Shown: one piece after another, positions 56,601 through 64,000 of the stretch
How positions within the stretch are numbered: the stretch's first letter is position 1
Layout: each line of letters opens with the position of its first letter
Assembly (NCBI RefSeq): GCF_009914755.1
Contig: NC_060929.1
Source of the DNA: the human T2T-CHM13v2.0 reference genome, Homo sapiens
Length of the DNA stretch: 64,000 nucleotides
Direction: 5' to 3' (one strand)
Notes under the pieces: generated by a model
The model's database searches: none
Seen by the model: only the letters and a program-made list of their open reading frames with translations
Told to the model about the DNA's origin: nothing
Position numbers and translations under genes: made by a program

Positions 56601-57610
56601 GTGCTCCTCCATCGTATTCCCAAAACAGCATCCCTGGCTTCTGTCCCGTGCCCATTGTCCTTTCATGCTGAAGCAGCTTATTGCATTGTCTTATCTGTCC
56701 TACCAGGCTGACCTCCTTGAGGGCAGAATTAGATCTTGGAGAGAGAGCGCCCTAGTTCTCAACATTGTGACGGGTATATAATGGATGACAAATAAATATT
56801 AACTTGACTTTAGGTTTTAAGTCACATCTTAACTTTGATCTCTTATTTCTTCATATTGCCCAAATGAAGAAGTTAACACATTCTAATATTTCTAGTCATC
56901 TAGGCAGACTCTACACGGCATATCTTCCTACCCTATAAGCCAGCCCTTACCTCCCAAGACCCTGTAAGGGATGCATTCTTGCTTTAGGTGGCAGAAAATG
57001 CAGTGTTTCCAACGGCATGGTTGGTCCCATTCTTCCTACCCATTCAACCTGTAATTCCTGACAATAAGGGGGAGCCATGGAGAAAAAGACACCTCTTCCA
57101 TCCTGCTTTTCTCTTGACTCATGCAACTCATGGCCATGGGCCAGGTCAAAGTTCCTCTGGAGTCCCCCATGTTAACAAGCTGGAAGCTAAACAGCACACT
57201 GTTGTACAGCATTTTTCTGAGTAGTTAATTAACGAAAGGATAAGCTACCTTGACAATCACTGAAGCAAGCAGCCTCACTGTGCAGTCGTCAAGAGGAATG
57301 AGATTAGTTTCAAGGGAGACCATAGGGAAATGACAAGGAGGGCAGGCTTGATGGGGCTCGTGGTTTCCTCTGGCTGCTCCTTGCCTGGCTCTCCTCCCCA
57401 CAGTGCAAGCAGACGTGTGCAAAGCCTCGTGGCGAAGCTGGACCGGCCTGATAATCAGTTATCACCCAGTGCTCTGAACATATTTAGTCTGCTCACAGAT
57501 GGCATGGGCTGGGCCAAGGTCCTTCTGGAAATCACATTGCCCAAGGTTGACAGCCTGGGATGGTAACATGTACCAGAAATCACTGAGAGGCCCAGAAAAA
57601 ATGACTCAGA

Positions 57611-57903
<293 letters not shown>

Positions 57904-58065
57904 TCAGAGGTAGGCAGGGTTGGTCAAATCAGATTCATATTGACCCACAGAGTGAAGGAGAGGAGCTGTGGCCATTGCTAGGGACCAAGGATGGTGAGTA
58001 AATGGCCATGAGGAGTGGCAGTGTTTCTGGGAAAGGACATATGGACCATAGCGGAGATGTACCAA

Positions 58066-58116
58066 TTCTATTCTGTTCTGTTCTATTCCATTCCATTGTA
58101 TTCCATCCCATTCCAT
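58066..58116. repeat. (TTCTG/TTCTA/TTCCA)n pentanucleotide repeat
   Basis: Read directly. Confidence 0.85.
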
Positions 58117-58149
58117 TTTTATTTCTTGCTACCGAAGTCTCAGTGGGAG

Positions 58150-58595
58150 TTGTAGTCTACCCTCCACTCCAGAAGCCAAAATGGTCAGGTCCTCAGTTTC
58201 CCTGTTGCCTCCGTAGTCAGGCGTGTGACCTAGGCTCAGCCAATGAGACACACTAGCCTGAGACTTTTGAATCTGGAGCTTTTGATGAAAAAGCAGTGTC
58301 TGTCAGCATGCATAATTCTTGCAGAGATGGCAGGCAGCACAGTCCATTTCTGGGGCAGAAGTACCAGAGTGAGGTGTCCACATCCAGGGCCAGCACCAGT
58401 GGTGGCAGTGCCCTTCTCTCCATCCTGTCCCTTTGTGGTCTTGGTGTACCCACTTCCTTTCTTCTCATCCCTGTCCTGAGCCCAATTCTTCAGATCTCCG
58501 GCAATTCTGACACCTTCCTGATTCATTTTTTGTACATCAATTTGCCATCTACATCAGCTAGCGTGGGCATAGAACTATTATGCTGACCTGATACA
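58150..58595 (+). mobile_element. LTR33-like ERVL LTR
   Basis: 'ggcgtgtgacctaggctcagccaatgagacac...agacttttgaatctggag' and the terminal 'ctgataca'. Confidence 0.65.
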
Positions 58596-58729
58596 GAGTG
58601 TGTAGCGGCTTATTTCTAAGTGGATGGAGGAAGTGCAGAGAGCTTGCTGTGTTTTATCCAGGGCGGAGTTCTGGAAAACGGTTTTCAATATTTTTTATTT
58701 CTGTCACAAAACAATAAGTTGGATATATT

Positions 58730-59200
58730 TGTTAGGCCTCTTTAAGGGCAAGTGACAGAAACTGGTTTAAGAACAATAGGAATTTATTTATAACTGTAAA
58801 TTATGAGGGTTAACAGGACCCAGGTACAGCCAGATCTGGTGAGGTAAGTATTATCAAGAATTCACCTCTCTTGCTTCTTCTTTACTGGTTTCATTCTTAG
58901 GTGGGTTCTAGTCATCACCTGGTTTCCGGCTTCTCCAGGATTGTACCCTACCAGTTTAGTGATTATTGTAGGTTAAAGAAAACCCTCTTCTCCCAAAAGG
59001 TCCAGCAAAATTCTGGAACTGATTATAACTGGGCAAACTGGAGCCAGGATTTGAGTCCAGTAAATCTACACCCTGTATTCTTTCTATCAATTTAACTTAA
59101 TATTCAAAAGAACCCAATGAGGTCCTGGGGCAGGGGCTTGGGGGTGGGGGTGGGAGACAGAAGCTGATTGGCCCAGGTCTGGCTTGTGCTGAGGGTCGAG
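58730..59200 (-). mobile_element. MLT1J/K-like MaLR LTR interrupted by an 85-bp insert
   Basis: 'gcaagtgacagaaac...ggaatttatt...gtttcattcttaggtggg...gattataactggg', resuming as 'ctgattggcccaggtctgg'. Confidence 0.65.
59040..59124 (+). repeat. 85-bp direct copy of 59801-59885
   Basis: Shared 'ggagccaggatttgagtccagtaaatct.caccctgtattcttt...aatttaacttaatatt...cccaatgaggtc'. Confidence 0.93.
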
Positions 59201-59614
59201 TTGATCATTCCTGAAAATGTTCTCAGATTTCTCTGCAGATCCTTACAACCCTTCCTGCCCCAACTTATGGGAAGCAGAGTTTTACAATAGAGTAGCTCAT
59301 GGGTTTTAGTCTTTGTTTTTATAAGAAGTAATATATTATTGTTAGAATTTATTTGCATCCCCCATTAGTTGTGCCAGATATAAGTCAGGCTATGGATTAT
59401 AAGCTGATGCTCCATTCATTCCTCACTCTCTAAAATAATACACAATTGATCAAGTGTGATCAGTTGATCACAATTGCAATACAAATGATCAAGTGTGATC
59501 TTATAAGCATGGCCTTGAAGAGGCCTTATGAATTTTTATTTCAAGTAAAAATTATTTCTTAAAAAGTACTAAGAATAGAAGTAATATCTAAATAGAAGTA
59601 ATACCTTTCTCCTT

Positions 59615-59995
59615 ACCTAATGTTTGTTAAGAGTATACTATGTTCCTGGTACCGTTCTAAGCATTTCCTATCTGTGAACTCACATCATGGTCCTAACAAC
59701 ACTATGAAGTAGGAATGAATGTTAATCCCATTTATAGATGATGGAACTGAAAATAGAAATATAAAGAAATTGGTCCAAGATCACACAGCTAATAAATGTT
59801 GGAGCCAGGATTTGAGTCCAGTAAATCTGCACCCTGTATTCTTTTTGTTAATTTAACTTAATATTTGTAAGATCCCAATGAGGTCATTACTATTCCTGTT
59901 TTACAGATGAGGAAACAGAGGCTCATGAAGTTAAACGACTTGTCCAAGGTCACGGTGCTAATAATGACTTTGAGCCAGAATTCCAACCCAAATTG
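59615..59995 (-). mobile_element. Two tandem MIR copies
   Basis: 'cccatttatagatgatggaactga...ccaagatcacacagct' and 'ttttacagatgaggaaacagaggctc...gacttgtccaaggtcac'. Confidence 0.85.
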
Positions 59996-60008
59996 TTTTT
60001 CGAAGCTA

Positions 60009-60324
<316 letters not shown>

Positions 60325-60414
60325 TCACTATGCCCCCTCCAAATGTACTACAGATCCCCTGTGGGCAGAATAGAGTGCTGACACACCAAGGTGTGAAGAA
60401 TCATTGCTTTAGGA

Positions 60415-60628
60415 TAGAAGTTTGCTAACTGTGGCCCTAACCTGCCACTGCTTTGTAAATAAAGCTTTATTAGAACACAACCATTTCCATTCATTTATTT
60501 ACTGTCCACAGTTGCATTTGCATCACAACAGCAGAGCTGAGTGGCTGTGACAGAGACCACATGTCCTGCAAAACCTGTAATATTTACTATCTGGCACTTC
60601 ATAGAGACAGCTTGCCGGCCCACCCCTG
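60415..60628 (+). mobile_element. MER58A hAT MITE
   Basis: 'ttgtaaataaagctttattagaacaca...gacagagacca...tatttactatctggc...cccctg'. Confidence 0.85.
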
Positions 60629-61544
60629 CCTGGGGAGGACCCAGGATGGCTCATGACTCACGGTCACCACCTTAAACCACAGGGACCAGGAGGAGGACAC
60701 GAAATGACTGCTTTCCTAACAGCTAGTCAAAGACATGAAGTTTGAAAATAATCTCGGTAGTTTTGAAACTTTATCTCCCTGCCCTATTTCCCGTTTCTGC
60801 CAAGTATTCCTACCAAGGCAAACCCTTGTCTCAATCAAAATCCCCTGATCTAGCCATTTAGTTTCTTCTTATTCATTGTATAACTACTGATCATCCCGGG
60901 AAGCACATGTAAATTCTCTTCCATCTGAACTGATTGCCTAATGTTAAAAATATGAATGCAGAGTCATCTTGCACCGAAAACCACATCTGACTGGCACTTT
61001 TACATGTTATGGCAGCCATTTTAGAAGCAGGCATTTTCACCCCTAATGAAAAAATCCAAATCCAATTGCCCAGTCAGTTTTAGGAAGCCCTGAGAAGCAT
61101 AACAAGTTCTCTGGTCCCTAGGACATACTCTGAAGAAATTAAAACTAAGGTATGAGGGTATTGAGAAGAGTAAAGCCTCCTCCCCTGACTCAGGCAGGCC
61201 AGACCGAGGCTGGGGCTCTGTCCAGCTTTTGTGTAAGTATCCATGGACTTCCCACCTGCCATCTCTCTCTGGAGTGGCTCGCTGTGGCATTAGGTGTAAC
61301 ATTTTAAGTCCCTAGGGGGCCCTCTATTGTGAAAAATGACTTCCCTCCCATGCATCACCTTCTCCTGCCTTCAATGGGCCATACCAATCTGTGTCCTCAC
61401 TGTCAAGCGGCCTCACTGCCTTTCCAGCCCACCATTGATTGGCACTTGTGGTTCCTTGACATCTCGTTCCTGCCCCACCACAGAAGTCTAGCAGAATTAC
61501 ACCCATTCTTCAACCTTCTGCCCAAGTATCTTACATTTTACAAA

Positions 61545-62020
61545 CAATACTTTTTAAAACAATTTTAATTACATAAGTACATGAATGCATTCTCCTGATC
61601 ATAATGCATTCTGTAAAAGTACTGCAGATAGGGCTCAAGTCTCTATTGACAAAAACCTCTAAGCTCCATTCCTCCCTCAAGGCAAGACAAGTATTATCTG
61701 TCCATTGCATATTTTTCCAGCGTCCCTTCTATGCATTTGCATAATTACATATGCACTGTGAGAAAATATACAATATGTTTTGCACATTTTACACAAATGG
61801 TAACATCTTTGCCTTTTTCACTCAACAATCCCTACTGGAAATTTTTCCACATTACTCAATGTAGATAGAATGCATTCTTCTTCACTGCCACAGTGTAAGT
61901 ATAGCATTCTTCTTGTGATTGACATTTAGATTGTTTCCAGCTATTTGAGAGTAAAATAATGATGTTATAAACATCCTTGTCTATGACTCCTTGTGTACCT
62001 GTGTGTGTCTCCAAGGTAGA
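61545..62020 (-). mobile_element. L1ME-type fragment
   Basis: 'gcctttttcactcaaca...gacatttagattgtttccag...ataaacatccttgt'. Confidence 0.75.
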
Positions 62021-62055
62021 TTATATATGATTTATTGTTTTCTAATTGTTTAGAG

Positions 62056-62274
62056 CAGGGGTTAGCAAATGTTTTTCTGCAAAGGGCCAGATAGAAATGT
62101 TTTAGGCTCTGCAAGTCTTAAGGTTCTTTTCACAACTACTGGACTCTGCCCTTGTGCCTGAAAAGCAGCCATAGATATGTAAATAAGTGAGTGTGGCTGT
62201 AATTTAATAAAACTTTATTTACAAAATAGCCATTGGACAGAATTTGGCCCAAAGTCACAGTTTGCTGTCCTTTG
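62056..62274 (-). mobile_element. MER58A hAT MITE with 8-bp TSD
   Basis: 'caggggttagcaaatgtttttctgcaaagggccagata...'; TSD gtttagag / gcttagag. Confidence 0.88.
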
Positions 62275-62389
62275 GCTTAGAGTATACCTTCCAACAAGTA
62301 CATCTATGTTTTATGGATTAGGGATGGATCTAGGGCATGACACCACACCACCAATGGCTACTGATATATATTGAGCCAGTGAGATGTAG

Positions 62390-62580
62390 CCCATCGCTAT
62401 GGGCATGATCTCATTTAGTCCATTCAACATTCCTATGTAGTAGTAGAATCCATACTCCCACTGAGTCAATTGAAACTCAGTGATATTAAATATTTAAGGT
62501 CACACAGCTGGTAATGAGTGGAGCTGAGATTCCTTCCCAGGTAGCGTGACTCCAAGCCTGCATTTTTAACCACTATATTA
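62390..62580 (-). mobile_element. MIR
   Basis: 'aaggtcacacagctggtaa...ggagctgagatt...tgactccaa...ttttaaccactat'. Confidence 0.8.
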
Positions 62581-62639
62581 CAATGTCGTCCTACTGTTAA
62601 AGGGAGAAGAGGTAGAGTGCAGACAGGTCAAAAGACAGC

Positions 62640-62797
62640 TAGTCCAACATTTAAGTTCCTGGGGGTTGTAACAACAATGGTTTTTAGATGGTTCTGGTGG
62701 ACCATTTCCCCAGGAATATGCATAGATAGTTTGTCTGCAATTTCAGGTAACAGAGCTCCTGAGTGCCACCCATGAACCTCGGGTTAAGATTCCTTGT
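62640..62797 (-). mobile_element. MER103C-like hAT MITE
   Basis: 'tgcaatttcagg...ccatgaacctcgggttaaga'. Confidence 0.55.
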
Positions 62798-63004
62798 TAG
62801 GACCCATGAGGCTGGGAACCTATTTAGTGTTGAAACATTACCATTTGCTGTCTCTACCTGAAATGTGCACTGTTCCCTGCCTATAGGGCCAAGAAGTTGT
62901 AACTTAAAACTCCTCTCTCTGCCTAGAAATCCTCACTTTTCTTCCCCACTTAGTCCATTAAGTGTGAGATGTGGTATTACAGTTTGCTTGTGTTTTACCC
63001 ACAA

Positions 63005-63160
63005 AAGAATGAAAGGAAGATGGATAGATAAATGGGGAGGAGGAAAAGGGGAGAGGAAATGGGAGAGGAAGGAAGGAAAAAAGGAGGAAGAAAGGTAGAA
63101 GGTGGAAGAGAAAAGGGAAGAAGGAAGAAAGGGAAGGAGGGAGAAAGGAGAGAAAAAAGA
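63005..63160. repeat. GA-rich low-complexity tract
   Basis: Purine-rich run read directly. Confidence 0.85.
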
Positions 63161-64000
63161 ATCCCACTGTGACATGTAGACGCATTTTCAAAATTGTATT
63201 TATCCAATATGCTTTCACCTTTTTGGGACAGTTTGGAGAACTGTTAAAACTATCAAAGGCAGACTACCAGGGAGATGTTTATTCTACGAAGAGTAGTTAC
63301 ACGATGATGTCAGCTTAGCAGCCACAGACATTTCTGGCCAGAGGGGGCCGTTGGAGGAGGCAGTCAGGCGCAGCAGCAGTAGCAGGAGGGCTGTCAGGTT
63401 GGCACTGGTGCCTTGGAGCTTGCTCTGTAGCCCCCCACCACCCTGCAAAAGGTCCCAGATGCTGCTTCTCATCTGCCCTTTGTTAGGTCCAAACCCTGCT
63501 CCCCAGGCACAAGTTGGAGGATCAAGTGCATTTTCCAGTCCGTTTCATGCCAACTGAAAAGCTGAGACCTGCCAAGGCCTGAGCTTTTAAAAATATAAGT
63601 AGGGAACCCCCAGGGAGCCTGAAGCAGGGGCTATTCAAAATGTTCTTTTAAAAAATTTTTAAAATATACTTGACAAGTGCTTTTTCCCCATTTGGGGAAA
63701 ACCTGTCAGAAAGGATGCCCAGAGCAAAGAGAAACTCTGACCCCAGGCAAGCTGCCTGGGCCTTCCCAATGGGTATCCCTGGGCCCCGGCTTGATTTTTT
63801 TTGGAAAGCAGGCTTCTTCTCACACATGGGGTTTCATGCCTTAGAGTTAATTATTCAGTCACGAATTACTCCAGGAAGAACTTCCCTTTCTATGGAGCCA
63901 AATGACCAAGTGTCTTTCTATAAAAAGAACGTCATCCCTTTTAACGAGGACACCCCACACCCAAATCACACACGTGTGTGTATACACACAGTATACATGC

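Noticed and set aside
58066-58116. Satellite II/III-like (CATTC)n
   Set aside because: Only ~50 bp of degenerate pentamer; a simple repeat, not a satellite array.
63284-63557. GC-rich ORFs with a leucine run
   Set aside because: The run derives from a short CAG repeat; no homology or exon structure was recognised.

Overview
This is 64 kb of primate (hominoid-like, probably human) nuclear DNA that looks intronic or intergenic. I could not place it at a named locus from sequence alone. I found no credible protein-coding exon, RNA gene, CpG island or CRISPR array. The ORF track is explained by Alu, L1, LTR and low-complexity sequence or by chance ORFs. The window holds 13 Alus (AluJ/S/Y-like, several with visible TSDs), many MIR and L2 fragments, old L1M and one young L1PA stub, MaLR/ERV LTRs (MLT1A0, MLT1C, MLT1D, MSTB, MER31-like, LTR33-like) and DNA-transposon MITEs (Tigger2a/MER28, MER58A, MER102, MER5, MER103). 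Several of these are nested. The most notable unexplained structures are: (1) a ~210-bp local duplication whose second copy is split by an AluY; (2) an ~85-bp templated copy of a MIR-MIR junction inserted into an MLT1 LTR; (3) a 424-nt uninterrupted polypurine tract; (4) a 31-bp hairpin-containing tandem repeat; and (5) several repeat-free blocks carrying PBX/MEIS/HOX/NF-Y motifs that may be developmental enhancers. I see no evidence for a new biological system. Repeat subfamily calls were made from memory of consensus sequences, and boundaries of old repeats are approximate (about +/-20-50 bp).
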